Of a stretch of DNA of 64,000 nucleotides, positions 12,807 to 26,486 are shown piece by piece. Under the pieces are notes generated by a model. That model did not search any database. It saw only the letters and a list, made by a program, of their open reading frames with translations, and was not told the DNA's origin. This stretch comes from Bigelowiella natans CCMP2755. Lineage: Eukaryota > Protista > Cercozoa. The stretch covers positions 62,001 to 126,000 of the forward strand of contig ADNK01001278.1 of NCBI GenBank assembly GCA_000320545.1. The letters are read 5' to 3'. Made by a program: the position numbers and the translations under genes. Position 1 is the first letter of the stretch, and the number at the start of each line of letters is the position of its first letter.

Positions 12807-15800
12807 ATGGGAAGCAAACCTACAAGATGGCCTGTATCGTTTATTTTTACTTTCCTAGCATTTGGAATGTTATCCGTCACACCGACGAGAAGACTCTCCA
12901 CTCATGCTATTCCGAGGAGTACAGCAACAATACCATGGGATCAGAAGTAAATTGAGATCTAACTTATGAACGACATCGATAACAATCTAACACCTATATT
13001 TACTACGACAGTACGGTTGTCAAACATGTCGTCGTCGTCGTCATCGTCGTCGTCACAGAAATTGTAGTATTACTGTAATCATAATTAGTTTTATTATTAT
13101 CATTCATTTTCATTATTATTATTAGTAGTAGCAGTAGTAGTAGTAGTAGTAGAGGTGGTAGTAGTAGAAAGGTAAAGGTGCTAAAACTTTGTGACACTGG
13201 TTCTGGGTAGAATGCTCTATGTTCACCACTGAAACTCGCCTTCTCTCCAACTTTTAATTTCACAGTTGGCCAAGATGCCTTTTTAAGCAGCACCGCACAT
13301 CCGGCTACTACACTGCTCGAAGTTTTGCGAAACCAGTTATGCCTCAGTCGATCATCTCCCGAATAGTGTCATACCCACAATGGCGTCCACTTTCGAAACG
13401 ATGGAACTCCGAAAATCCGCTCCTGCAGCGAGCGGTGTTGTCAGAGGAAGAGATTAGTAGCAACAGGTCTTCTTGTATCCGTACCTCTCAAGGAGACACT
13501 GAGGAACAGACAAAAGAAGAAAAGAGACAAAATGGCAGTGAAGAAATGTTAAACCTTCTCAATATAGAGGACACCAAGGAACTGCTCTCTCATCGATGGG
13601 CGCGAGATTCGATCGAGAACATAAATCGGACGCTGGAATTACTCGCGAATCCTTCTCCTCCATTCTCAACAGCAACGACGTTGCTTAACATGAAAGAAGA
13701 AGCGACTGAGAGCAGCAGGAAGACTCATTCTATTCCCAGTACTTCTTCGACATCAACTTCATCATCACCCTCCTCCACATCGCCATCTCATAGCCATCAG
13801 CAGGAGGGACAACAGCAGCACATCGCGACGACAGAACTGTTGAGATTTGCTTTATCGACTGTAGGCATCTACTGGGCCTCTCCTTTAATGAGCCTTATAG
13901 ACACCTCAGCGGTTGGAAGTTGCGCAGGCAAGTTGAGTCTCGCTGCATTAGGTACTACTACTGCAGAACTAAAAATGATTTGTGTAACGACGACGAGACG
14001 ATGATAATGGTCGTCATGCGTGGAGAGATGGTATCGCAGCGAAAGCGAGAGATTGATCAGAAAACATGGGCGAAAATAGCCTTTTAGTTGTGATGGTTTT
14101 TTATTTGATCATCACAAAATTACTATAAAGAATCCTCTTAGCTGCTCCACGTTTCTCCTTTTCCTCCCTGTTTCGTGTTGCTACAGGCCCTGCTTCGACG
14201 TTGAGCGACTACGCCTATTACGTCAACACGTGGATTGGAACCGCGATGACGAACTTGCAGGCACATGCATTTGCCGAAAAGGATAGCAGCGCATCCAGGA
14301 AGACGGTGGTGACAGGCCTCAAGCTGGCCTTAACAGCTGGGCTCGTCTTCTCGATTTCATTGTGGGCTTTTGCTCCGATGATGATTTTGGGGTAGTAGCA
14401 GTAGTAGGAGTAGTAGTAGTAGTAGTAGTAGTAATAGTAGCACCACAGGATGCTCTGTACACACTCTACCAACTTAGCAAAGCTCAGCTTCTCCCCACTC
14501 TTTTGTGTACTGCTTTGATTTATGCGCTCGCATGCTGGCTCTCCTGGCATATTTACTCTCTCCCCCTTCTCGCCCTTATCTCATTTGAGCATCATCATCA
14601 TCATCATCATCTTCTTCTTCTTCTTCCTCTTCTATTTTCAGATACAGCAGTGGTGTTGGACCTGAGATTCTGCCATTCTCCGTTGAGTACATGAGAATCC
14701 GTGCCTTTGGTTTTCCAGCAGCCCTCGTGACGATGGTTGCCCAAGCAGCGTTGCTCGCTTCACGCAACACCAAGATCCCGCTACTCGCTGTGGCGGTAGA
14801 GGCCGCACTTAATTTCGTAGGGGACTTCTACATGGTGCGAGTGCTGGGAATGGGGATCGGGGGAGCAGCTTGGGCGACGGTGATATCTCAGTACGCAGGC
14901 ATGGCACTCATCTTGCCTATGCTCCGAAATGCCCTTAGAAACCAGAAGCAACAGTGGGGAAAGATAATACAGAAGGAGGAGGAAGAGAAAGAGGACAAGA
15001 GGAGGGAGCACCGGAGGTGGGGTTCGATTCTGCAACGTATATCTTCATCATTATCACAGCACAAACTGGCTCGGAATGGCACGGCAGTGGTTGAGGGTTC
15101 GTCTTCTTCGACTAGCAGCAGCATTAGTGGTAGTAGCAGTAGCAGTAGTAGTAATAGTAGTAGTAGTAGTAGTGGTGGTAACAGCAACGACAACAGCAGT
15201 TGCAGCAGCACAAGAGCGGGACGCTCCTTGTCCGAGGTATCATCTTCATTATCCTCATCACCACCGTCTCCGTCTTCATCAGCATCATCACCATCGTTAT
15301 CATCGTCATCTTCGTCACCACCACCATCATTATCATCATCATCATCATCATCATCATCGTCGTCGCCATCGTCGCCATTAAAGAAGTTCTTGGGTTTCAC
15401 CCTACCTGTCGGGACGACTTTGGTTGGAAAGCTGGTCCTGTACCTTACTCTGACACACGTTGCAACGACCTTTGGCGTCACGGCACTTGCTGCCCACCAG
15501 GTGGGAGAGAGCATGTGTTTGGGAGAAAATAGCGTCTTCTGTGATTTGTCGTTGTATCCATGATCTCGTTCGGAGAAAACATATTTGTCATCGTCATCAT
15601 CGCCGTCAAGAAGAAGAAGAAGAAATAGTAGTAGTAGCAGTAGAGCAGAGGTAGTTGTAGCACGGGTACAAAATCTCATCTCCCTTTGCTCTTCGTTGTT
15701 TACACGGTGCCGCATGCTATCACCAATCATTAGGTAATGCTATCGCTGTTTTTCGCTCTCACACCATTCTGCGACGCAGTCGGGAGCACGGCACAAACCT

Positions 15801-15909
15801 TCTTGCCAGGTGACAGGGGAGGGGTTGAGGATAGGGGCTGACTCTGCATCGATGATTTATGCCATAATTATTGTAATTTGCCATCGTCAAATTTTCAATA
15901 TGCTACCAA

Positions 15910-15985
<76 letters not shown>

Positions 15986-16250
15986 GTATGATATAATGGT
16001 AAAACAGCTCTAAAGAAGTTTGGAACACGGGCACAGGCGGCATTAATGCGGCGACTAACGGTATGTGTCAATCCTGATAGTTATCGCAATATAAGATGAG
16101 CTCTGTTGGAAATCTTTTGCTTGCTGAAAATGCTGCATGGTAAATTTTAGCGACTACCGCAAGATTGCTCGTTGTGACTTCGTTCTAAAATCATCTCAGC
16201 GATGCCTACGACGAGCCTGGATGCTTGCTTTTCAATGCATATATTTTTTA

Positions 16251-16289
<39 letters not shown>

Positions 16290-16901
16290 ATATATATCTT
16301 GTAGTTGTGTGTTTGTGTATACGTTTTCTGTGCGTAAGAGAAGATAAGTATTTCGAGAACAAGATGGAATATATAAGTACCACCTTCCCCCCCTTCCCCC
16401 TTCCCTCCTCCTCTCCCTCGTACCTAAATATGGGTGACTATAAGATAATGGGGGCCATAGCTGGTGCATCTGTGTCGTGTGCAGCCGGAGCGGTGTCCCT
16501 AGGTTTTCCTCAGGTATGCAATCTATGGAGAAAAAAGAATGGTCGATTGAGTAAAGGCTGCACCAAAAGCAGACAACAAACGTCTTCTATGAATGATTGC
16601 TCTATTCTAATCCTCCTGCTAGTACTATTACAGCAGCAGCAGCAAAAACAATAACAACTATTGCTATTACAACAGCAACAACAATATCAATAACTACCAC
16701 AACAACCACTACTACTACTACCACTACTACTACTTAGTTGTTCACGAGCGATCCTGCTTTGATTGTAATCATGGAGTCAATAGGTAATGGCACTTATGAT
16801 TTGTTAGTGAAAGAAGGGAGAGTAGCTGCAGCAGCAGTAGTACATGCACTTATCACAAAGATATTCTACTTATCGTTAGCCCACTTGCTCCTCTCTCTTT
16901 C

Positions 16902-16936
<35 letters not shown>

Positions 16937-17850
16937 ACTATCATCATATCCTTCTTCTTCTCCTTATTTATCCGCCACCATCATTAGCTCCACTTGCAAT
17001 GGCCGCGCTTCTAGGCCACGGGGCCTTGCTTGCCGGAGAGGGATGGATGCTGGCGAGTGAAAATCCGCTCGATAGGAAGTTTCTTGGAAACACGTAATGA
17101 TGATAATGCTAACAGAAACGTGCATGTATTTTATTACTGAAGGCATTGTGCGATGGTATTCGCCATGAGAATGCTCAACACCAGCAAAACTGGGGAGATA
17201 CATGAACGCACATATTGCAACGTCTACATTAATAACACCAAAGAATACTGTGGCTTGTCGACCTTTTTGCCATATCCAAGGAAATGAGAATTTCCTTCAC
17301 TCTTCTTTATAGACCACCTGTTTTCCTAGTTGCAAGGAGAAAAAGTTGGTGGTTGTTGGAGTAGCAAAAGCCCTTCTCTTTTAATCATGATAGAGAATTT
17401 TATTGTCGTTTTTCCATCCCCCCCCCCCCCTGTGTGTGTGTGGTTGTCAAACTGCTGGCTCATCTCCTCCTTCTCCTCAGCTACTTCCTGATGATGTGTA
17501 TCGTCCCGCTTATTATGACTGGTAAGCTCTAATCTAGTAGTCTGAGGGGTTCATAGGAAGCAAGCCTGTTGTAGAGCTCTTGTTTTCCGTCCCTCGTGCG
17601 GATGATTATCATGTACTTGCCCTCATCAGGCGTGGCATCAGCTGGGGGAGGTGTGACAGATTTGTGGAAGGTATTTACCGCGATGCAGCTGTCACGTTTG
17701 CTTATTATTCGGACGCGTTTGTTCATCCGCATGAGAGAGGTAGAGATAGAAAAGGAGAATGGAGGGCATCTAGGCCACTATGATAAGCACCTCAGCCGCA
17801 CCACTACCAGCCGTGGCAACGAAGAAACTCTTGGGCTCCAACCAGCGTGA
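12807..17850 (+). CDS. MATE-family efflux transporter (resembles plant chloroplast DTX/EDS5 type), probably plastid-targeted
   Basis: ELLRFAL...SPLMSLIDTSAVG...LAALG|P, YMRIRAFGFPAALV...LNFVGD...GIGGAAWATVISQY, FGVTALAAHQV, and terminal LWKVFTAMQLSR. Hydrophobic N-terminal leader. An alternative ATG lies at 12753. Confidence 0.88.
15912..15986. repeat. Compound (TA)n(TG)n intronic microsatellite
   Basis: Directly visible. Confidence 0.9.
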
Positions 17851-18983
17851 TTGTAAGTTACAGTTATGAGTAAACATGTCCGTGTCTGTGTGCATCGCAC
17901 ACCGTATCCCGTGTACGTTCATTTATGCAGGACAATGCACAGGATTTCATAGTATGGCATGTCGAACATGGAGACAATAATATGCTAAGATTACGATCAT
18001 CAATGAGCACGTGGTATATAGACACACTACAGACACAGCCTAGAGCTGCACATAGCATATGACAAGTCTAAAGTATATATTTATTTTCTAAACTGCGTCT
18101 ACGATGTATACGACACACATAGTGCGTGCACGTGCAACGCAACAGTTCATGACAATGCAAGAATGTTAGAATGTGATCGTCATGGCACGCAAATTTGAGG
18201 CTGCATACATTTAAAGACTGCATGAATCCATCATCCATTTATGTAGATAGATTTATATTCATCGTGTTAGCACTCGGCAATGTACACGTTGACACTACGC
18301 ATCACGCACGCCATGTTGCGGCTGCACAGCTAGACAGCTCTAGAGGTCGTGCTAATGCTCTCCTTATAGGTTATGACATTACACAGACGACATCCTATAC
18401 ATTGCATTCACCACCTGCATTAGGATATAGGCATAAATGTTGCATCACAGTCGATGCACGCATGCACTACACTAGTACACATGCAACGCTAGAGCGTCTC
18501 GCATCGACGGCATTGACAAAGTGTTTGTGTAGGAAGGCTAAAAAATATTTTTCACTGCAAAAGTGCACTTCCCTCCTTTTGATGTAGTTAACCTACATTT
18601 ATTAATATGTGCATGCGTGCATGCTTACGTATTTGTGTCGCATGCACTGTGAAGACTGAGACGATGGTTTGACACGGGACAGAATGGACGCTGGCTAAAC
18701 AACTTTCAAGGATTAAAATTTCTAGAACATTGTGCAGAGTCACTTGTTAACAGTCATTCGTGAAGAGTCATTTGCAGACCGCTCGTATCGCACATTTGAA
18801 GGAAATGCTTTCTTACGGAAGTGGAAGAGGAGGAGGGGAAGAAATTAAAGCACCAATACCATCATTGCCATTTCGCATAATTTTGCTGTGTGAGGGCTAA
18901 AAACGGGAAGAAATAGCATGCAACTCCATCCTAGATGCGGAGAGTTGTTAAACCGTTTGGTTTTTATCCCTGCGACAACCAAA

Positions 18984-21564
18984 ATGGAGCAGAAGGACTG
19001 GTGGGTGGGCCCACATCGAATATCGGATAAATACGTCTATCGGTCAACGGGGGAGGAGTAGAACATCCGAGCACTCTCCATTTATATTGCTTCCAGAGAT
19101 GTTGCGTGGGAACACGCTTCCCAGACTGGTGCGTGAGAACTCGCCACTGCAGCATTTTGGAGCTAAGGGGGGCGTCGACTATGAGCATCTTATAAAGAAC
19201 GCTTGGTTCTCGATGGGAATCTGGCAGGTTGTGTGTACATCTGTGGTTGGGCTCTAGGATAGAATCATTGTTTTGTTCTCTTTCTTCCTCCCTATTCCTT
19301 TATGCGTTTCGCATTCGAGTGAAGATGGGTGGTGTGGTGTGGTGTGGTGTGTTGATGCTTTCAAGAAACCACGGCTTCGAAAGGACTGGAACTCCCTCAA
19401 CGATCCGGATGCTACACATATTCGCAGCATGAATGCGTATGTCGAAATTCCTGGACAGCTGCCATCACAATTATCGTCACTACGTGCATGTGATGAATGA
19501 ACTGCTACCGCTCATACCTATCTTTTCCCCAAGTCGCAAAAAAAACCTACACATACCTCGTGATAAATCAATCCGTATCATTACAGCTTCTTCGACACGA
19601 TGTTTGCGATCTCAATCACGCACTTGGGGATAGAGCTGCGTGCAGGTCAAAATCTCAAAGCTCTTCACGATTGGTGCCAGGACTTTGGAATCATCGTGTC
19701 CCTTTGGCTTTGCACTGCCGACTACTCGAGCCGCTTCGACAACGATGATCTTTCGCACAAGATCTTTTGGGGTGTCTACGGAATGGGTACTCTCGGCATG
19801 ATGATGCATACGACTGGCGGATACGAATCTGAAAACGCGAGGTAAAAATATTTAACAATTATACCAAAATCTGCACATACCACACAATATGTGTAAATAT
19901 ATATGTACATATATTTATATTTCATCTGTACTCGCGGATACGTGCGCGCGCTCGAATGGCATTTAGAAAACGTATACAATGAAATAATACGGATGAGCTA
20001 GTAATGATACTCCTTTCGTTTATTCAGCTACTTCAGCCTTTGTCTGGCAGGGATATACCTTCTACTTGCTCTGCATTACTTCCGTAACGCCGTTGCTTTG
20101 CCTCGGTGCACGTTCTTCTGCTCGCTTCTGGGAAGCATTCTTCTGACTTATGCATCTATAGCTTTCTATGGCTATTACTCCAACGCGGATCGCTTCTACA
20201 TGTTTTGGATTCTAGCTTGCGGATACCCTCTCTACCTCGCCGCCACTGTCACTGTTCGTTGGATCGTTGCAAATCTCTGGTACGTTTGGGTTGATGATCT
20301 CTCCCTTTCTTTGTAAATGTAAATAACGACCCCCATTCTTTTTCTGTTTCGCTCCGTTAAGCACGGCTGCACGTGCTATCGTATCTCTCCTCACTATTCA
20401 CTCGAAATACGCGTCTCTTACGACAGGTACCACGGGAATACACGGGATATTGCACATAGACTGGACTTGCCGCTGCACATCGAATTTCACATCAATAGAT
20501 TTTCGTCTTTTGCGATGATGTTGATGAGTCAGATTGCTCTTGCAGTCGCAGTGCACCCTGAACAAGGATTCGACGACAAAAACGGTCTCTACATGGCAGC
20601 CTGTGTGGCGTTCTTTCTACTCATCGCTGTGAAGCTCTTTCTCTTCGATGTCGATTATTTTGATGTTGAGGACCATGCAATACGGCGGTATGCATCATCA
20701 TTTAACACTCAACCACAAGAGATTATCATTGTGGAATTGAGCATGGATGATCTCTCCCTTTCTTTATAAATGTAAATAACGAAATAAGGTCGGTTGAAAC
20801 TGCGCTGGCGTGGCTGATCCTGTTTCCCCTTGGAGTGGGGTGCCTAGCACTCACTGGCTCTGGAATCTGTCTCATGCTGCTTTATGTTGGGAAGTCTATC
20901 AGACAACCCGTTGATGTCCCATTTGCACAAGGGCTGACGTGCAATAGTCTTGCCGCCTTTCTCTGCATCGTATCGCTTCAGGTTGATTATTACTTTACAA
21001 AAGGAAATAACTACGGAAACAATGAGAGTAGAGGGCGGGTGGGGGCATTGGGGATGTTTGTGGGTGGTGGAAATATCAGATGTCAGAGCAAGCTTATTGA
21101 ATTGAAAGGTTGATGAGGAATACCGTTTTGCTCCGATTCCTTCTTCTCATATTCATCAGCGCATTCTACATCGGGTTCCGTACACACGTTTATTAGAAGA
21201 AACGGATCATAAGGCTCAAGCGAGGACAATCTACACTATCCACTACGTTCAGATTGGATGTCAGCTTGCAGCCGCCATGTTCTACGTTATTTTGCAGTCG
21301 TTAGAGGTAACAACAAATGAAATTGATAACAAAATCATTCTGACGACCGACGTGCATTAGTCTCCGTTGTAGTTATTGGTAGTTGCGTTGGGTACGATGT
21401 GACGACTTCTTACTTTTGCACAGTGGTCCTGCCTCTCCGTGATGCTGGTTATTGCAGTCACGTTGATCTCTCTGGTCATGGTTAATCTCATTGACGAGTT
21501 CGTGCTTCTCAATGACGCACATGTGCGGTCTGCGGCAGGAATTACACATGAAGGAAAAGGATGA
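18984..21564 (+). CDS. LtrA-like (low temperature requirement A) multipass membrane protein
   Basis: WQ|KPRLRKDW, FFDTMFAISITHLG, LWLCTADYSSRFDNDDLSHK and LPLHIEFHINRFSSFAMMLMSQ match the LtrA pattern FFDLxF...W...RFDxDD...HxxERF. Stop TGA 21562-21564. Confidence 0.75.
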
Positions 21565-21931
21565 ACAATGGCATCTTCAGGTCATCAAAATTTCTGCACC
21601 TGCTAGGGCTCATGCACTACTTTATCTAGGCCGTTCACCTGCCTTACAGCCTAGAACTGTTACACTTGGCATAAAGTTGACCAACATTTGTGATCGCTGT
21701 TGTTGCGTTTGTAGTAGTTGCATTCGCAGGTCATTTGGCCATGTTTATATGACATGTTTGCACAAATGTGATGCATGCATGTCATTTTGGGCAGACAGCG
21801 AAGCGTTGGCGCATCGCAGAAATGTGGCTACAGTCAAGTGATATAGTGAGCGCACCCCACCAGCCTGGAGAGCTAGCCCATTAGCGACCAAACGCTTGAC
21901 ATGAAGGCGATGCTCAAATTGACACAATCTA

Positions 21932-22860
21932 ACAAATGACTGTGAATTGAAGCTGTTCCCTGTGCACACACACAATCACTGTCAATGTTGATGATTCACT
22001 GGTCACCCAACGCAACACAAACATGAACTTGCCTCTCTAGCTCTGACGAGGGTTCCCACAATGGATTGCAAAAAGAGGGATCGATGGGTCTGCCTTGACC
22101 GCGTGTGTCTTTGTGATCGAACTCTCGCCGCCACGTCCACGGTGGACGTCACTTTGCTGCACTGCTGGGCTGGCTCTGACAACTTGTTCTGCCAATTCGT
22201 TCATTGTCAGCAGTTGTCACTTCGTGCGGATGCGATGCGTGCACGTGGCACGTCCAGACCTGGAAACGTGGCCGCACCCCAGCAATGACCCCATTCACTT
22301 TTCCCTGTCATTGAAAATTGAGGAGTCGTGCAGGAACAAGCGTGACATGGCCACGTTTCGACCTGTGCACAGAACTGACCGAGGTCGGAGCGCACGCACG
22401 TGTGGATGTGATCGTGGCGTCGATGTTGCTCGACATCAGATTCGATGCCAATGTCGGGTGTGCAGATCTTGAGTTTGAGCGACTCAGGACGTTTGGCAAT
22501 GTGGCAGTTGGTTTCCTGGTGTGCCTGTTCGGAACACATGAATGGTCACATGGCTTTCACTTGGGATCGATGGTCTGGATGAAGCTCCACTGGATCTGCA
22601 TCGTTGATCTGGTTTCTGTCAGAATGGTCAGAATCAGTGCACATTGGAATGGGAGCCACCTAGTGGTTTGTTCTCTGTTGGATCACTCATGACATTCATC
22701 ATTGATAGCAGATCAATGGCTAACAAGAGTCATCAGATCCTTCATGATGCCCTACAGCCCACATCTGTGTTGACATTTGCACCGCTCCAGCGCTCCTCAG
22801 AGTTGCATTTCGCCACGATCCTCAAATTCAGCGGTGATCCCGTCAATCATAGATGATTTT
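21932..22860 (-). pseudogene. TpA-void degenerate coding relic of unknown (TE or viral?) origin
   Basis: Only two TAs in 21932-22705. Minus frame 22207-22539 has 10 Cys and 8 His in 110 aa. Confidence 0.35.
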
Positions 22861-23131
22861 CCATAATCTCCATATTCCCTTCCATTTTTATGGTGCGACA
22901 TGAACAATACTTCGTCGCAAAAAGGTGCCATCAAATATGGATTGAGGGAAGAACAGAACAAAACAGAACACTGCCGATGTGGCGCCCGATCCTTTACGCC
23001 CTACCATGAACTAAGGGCATCCACCTTCAATTCATTCTAAGGTAGGCATCATTCGCGTTTGGTACATGATGAAATGTGTTTGAAGGGTGCATACTTGTTC
23101 CCTTGGTTATTATCAGAAACGTAGGGTAGCG

Positions 23132-23882
23132 ATGATGGAAACTGAGCTTGGATGGCTCATGGCAAAGAAGAATGGCTGTCGTTTTAATCTTATAAATGTA
23201 GTTTTGGTCTTTATTATCACTTTCTGGGGTAGAATCATATATTTTTCGCTATGTAATCATAGGCGGTGGCTTTTTCTGGACTCGCTTTGCTGCTAACTTT
23301 CGAAACTTGGACTACAAAGTCTTCCTCATGCCCATCTTCACACACATCAACCAATTTAGATTATCAGAGTATAAATATGCAACCTTCTATGTTTCTGTCG
23401 AGAAGAGAGGGGTTGTTGGGCCTCGCACCATACGATGGTATGCATTGGAACAATGGTTTCGGCAGCAACTGGAGGGGCAATGAGGTATAACCGTTGTTTC
23501 ATTTTCGAAATGGAGGATAGGACATCCTCCGTCGTATTCGTCATGAGTTATTGTATAATCCTGCAGGATTCTCAGCGCTTTCCTCCGTGGATGGCCCTTC
23601 CTAAACCGCTATCACGAGGCAGAAGCAGAGACAATAGCGGCGGTGGAGACCACAAGAAACAAGGAAAAAATGCAAAGCAAGAAGACCAGCTTACTGCTGG
23701 CAATCGGAATGACGTTGACAACGACCACAGCGAAGGTGGTTCTAGGGGAGGTGGTAATGTTTGGCAGTCATTCAAGATGTTCATGAAGGAGGCCTCGAAG
23801 AAGTGAGTCCCTCACCCATACATACCTGTATCCAGTGATGGTTCTATGTGCATAATGATGTCACATGAAATTCAAATGTAAT

Positions 23883-23972
<90 letters not shown>

Positions 23973-24743
23973 CTGAATTAGGGAAGGAGAGAAAAAAAGA
24001 AAATGGAAAAGTAAGAGATAAAATGTGTGTTCATATATGTGTCACTTTGTTTAACTGAACAAAACTTGTGTCCACAACCTCGCTTTCTTTCTCATGGTAT
24101 CCTCCTCCTGCTAGGTGGATTCGTGTAGCCAGTTTCATCGCGTTCTGGTACTGCGTGGTAAGTATGTTTTGCGCAAACCTCTGCATCGAGTTGACATGCC
24201 TTTTTCAGGTAACTCCCATTCGAGTAGTGTTAAGCCTCGGACTGAAAGCTGCGACCCACTTCGTTGTTCTGCACTACATCCTCAACAATATTATTGGGGT
24301 AATTTGACAAGAAAAGCGCTGTATAGAATATAAAAGAGAAAAGTAAAAATTGATGCTCAGGTACCCTTTCACCCTGAGGACATCGTAAAGTCGGCTGTCA
24401 ACTCTGTAATCTGGGCTGTCGCGCCTTTGCGGTAGTAGCCGAATTTGGAAGCCGAACTAGTGAACATCAAAGTAATTTATGAATCTCTCTCAGGATGCTG
24501 GCTATGTTTCTGCTTCGCTGGACGAAAATGGGACAAGAACTTGAGACAACGGGAGACGGTAGCAATGTATTGAGAAAAACACGACGGGAGATGCTCAACC
24601 TTTTTAAGAAACCATCAGCGATGTATCCAGGCTTCGATGAGAATTCGAAATCTCCGAGTTCTACAAGGTTTGATTCCGAATTACTTGATTACTGGAGTGA
24701 GAAGCAGGCTTCTAGTGATGGTAGCATGAAAACTGGAAAATGA
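23132..24743 (+). CDS. Hypothetical membrane protein with bipartite (signal + transit-like) leader
   Basis: Spliced MMETEL...NLIN|AVAFSGLALLLTF...Ser/Thr-rich...|WIRVASFIAFWYCV|VTPIRVVLSLG...|VPFHPEDIVK...|...KTGK*, with canonical short introns. Confidence 0.65.
23886..23971. repeat. Compound (CA)n(GA)n intronic microsatellite
   Basis: Directly visible. Confidence 0.9.
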
Positions 24744-25034
24744 TGAATAACTCTAACATTACAAAGCTATGGAAATGCCTTCATGGCCGTTGCAAAGTAG
24801 TTTTATGCGCATTAGCTAACCAGCATCCACTACGCCATTCCAATTGCATGTCGCTGCAATCTAGCAGTGAGCGCCGAACAGAACAATCGCAAATCGCATC
24901 GGCGTCGCTTGCAGCGATCTCACGTGCACACTAATCGCTCGGCAGTCGCGTGCGTGCACGTTCTAGTGTTGGCATGTGCACATGTGCACACACATGCTAG
25001 CATGGAGATCTCGAAAAAACATGCCGATGCTGTA

Positions 25035-25710
25035 CAGATGCGACAGATGAATTCCATGGAATCACAAACCTTGAAAAGGATTTTGGGACTGCCTAGATCC
25101 ATTTCCAATGAAGTCCCCCATGTTCTCACTGGTGCACTGCCACCACGGTCCAGACAATGTCGAACAAAAGTGCAATGCGCCAAATCTTGGTTGCGCACCA
25201 ATGCTTGCTCAGCTTGGATTGACAATGGTGATCGACGGACATGCACCAAACGAAGAAATGCACAATTGGAGTGGTTTTCACATTGAGATCGAATGTACGA
25301 AACCAAAAATCCTGGAATAAAGTGTCTTTGTTTCGCCGGCTCAGCTCAATCACAGACGGCCTACCAGATGATACACTTCCCACCATTCGAACGACAAGAG
25401 CAGCACTCAAAAAAGATCTCAAAAAGCATCGTCACAAAATGATCAAACCTTCTGCTCTCTCTGCCTTTGAAGAAGAATGTGTCTGGTGATTTGACAAGAG
25501 CCACCTAGCTCAAAAATCTTGGGTTCCTTCCATCGATCCTCTCAAATCACTGGCATTGGATCAAAATTGTCAAGCATTGCATTCACGTGGATCTCTGCTA
25601 GACCTGGGGATGCGTGCCATCTGTGGGGTCGGCAATCTTGTGTGCTTGCGAAATTCACGTTGTCCCGAATCATTCATCCATTCGTTCTAGTGTTGTACGT
25701 TTGATGTCCA
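25035..25710 (+). mobile_element. Degenerate 3' portion of a non-LTR retrotransposon (LINE ORF2)
   Basis: MESQTLKRILGLPRSISNEVPHVLTGALPPRSR resembles the post-RT LRRILGxPxSTSxExLYxxTGxLPLxxR pattern. A downstream C..PESFIHSF*CC resembles a CCHC knuckle. Frameshifts and stops are present. Confidence 0.6.
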
Positions 25711-26486
25711 ATGCTCACTTGTCACGTTCTGGAGTCCAGAACAACTGGAGTCAGACTGAAACCTGGTTGTTGATCAAATATACAAATCTCTGTGACAGTG
25801 TTGCTTGTGTTTCTCTGCCATTGACATCGTTTGATCTTGCCATTGCTGGCAGTTTTGCTTCTTGTGCCACTTGTTGTTGTCCATTTGCTGGAGGTGCTGC
25901 TGGTGGTGGCTAGGTGGTGGTGGTCTTGCCTTGCAGGCACATGGATCGCATGAGTTTCAAAGTCATCTAGTCATTCTAGCACCATTGCGTTCAAATGAGT
26001 AGCATTCGTTGAGTGAAAGCCACTATTTGCATTCGAATGAACATGTTGCAAACGTGTTCGATTTCAACTATTCGTTGCCGGCGTACTGTGCTGCTAGCTA
26101 GCTAGCCTGCTTGCGCCGCCTAGCCGCCGCGGGCAGCCACGCAAAGAAGTCAGTGCGTAGCGTATTAGAGTCTTGCGCGCGTGCATAGTCTTCCCGCGTA
26201 TAACATCTGCCATGACACATATAGCGTACATAAGCGTACATAAAAAATGCAAGTAACATAGCCGCAGCCGGCTATCAGAGCTAGGTACTGTGCTTCTTCG
26301 CAGATTATTGTATCAGGTAAAACATATTGTGACATTCAAATTTGTTTTCCTACAGCTACCTGCTGGTTTAGCTGTCAAAGGGAACTACGATACAGTGGGC
26401 TGGGCTACGATAGCTATTAAGTTGTATTAGAGCTTCTCGCAATATGACTATCTAGCTCATTACCTCAATATGCTCAATTCTAATAT

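Noticed and set aside
14888-15730. 280-aa antisense ORF and similar poly-residue ORFs (e.g. 39841-40302, 7407-7826)
   Set aside because: Stop-free frames produced by microsatellites or by the opposite-strand exon.
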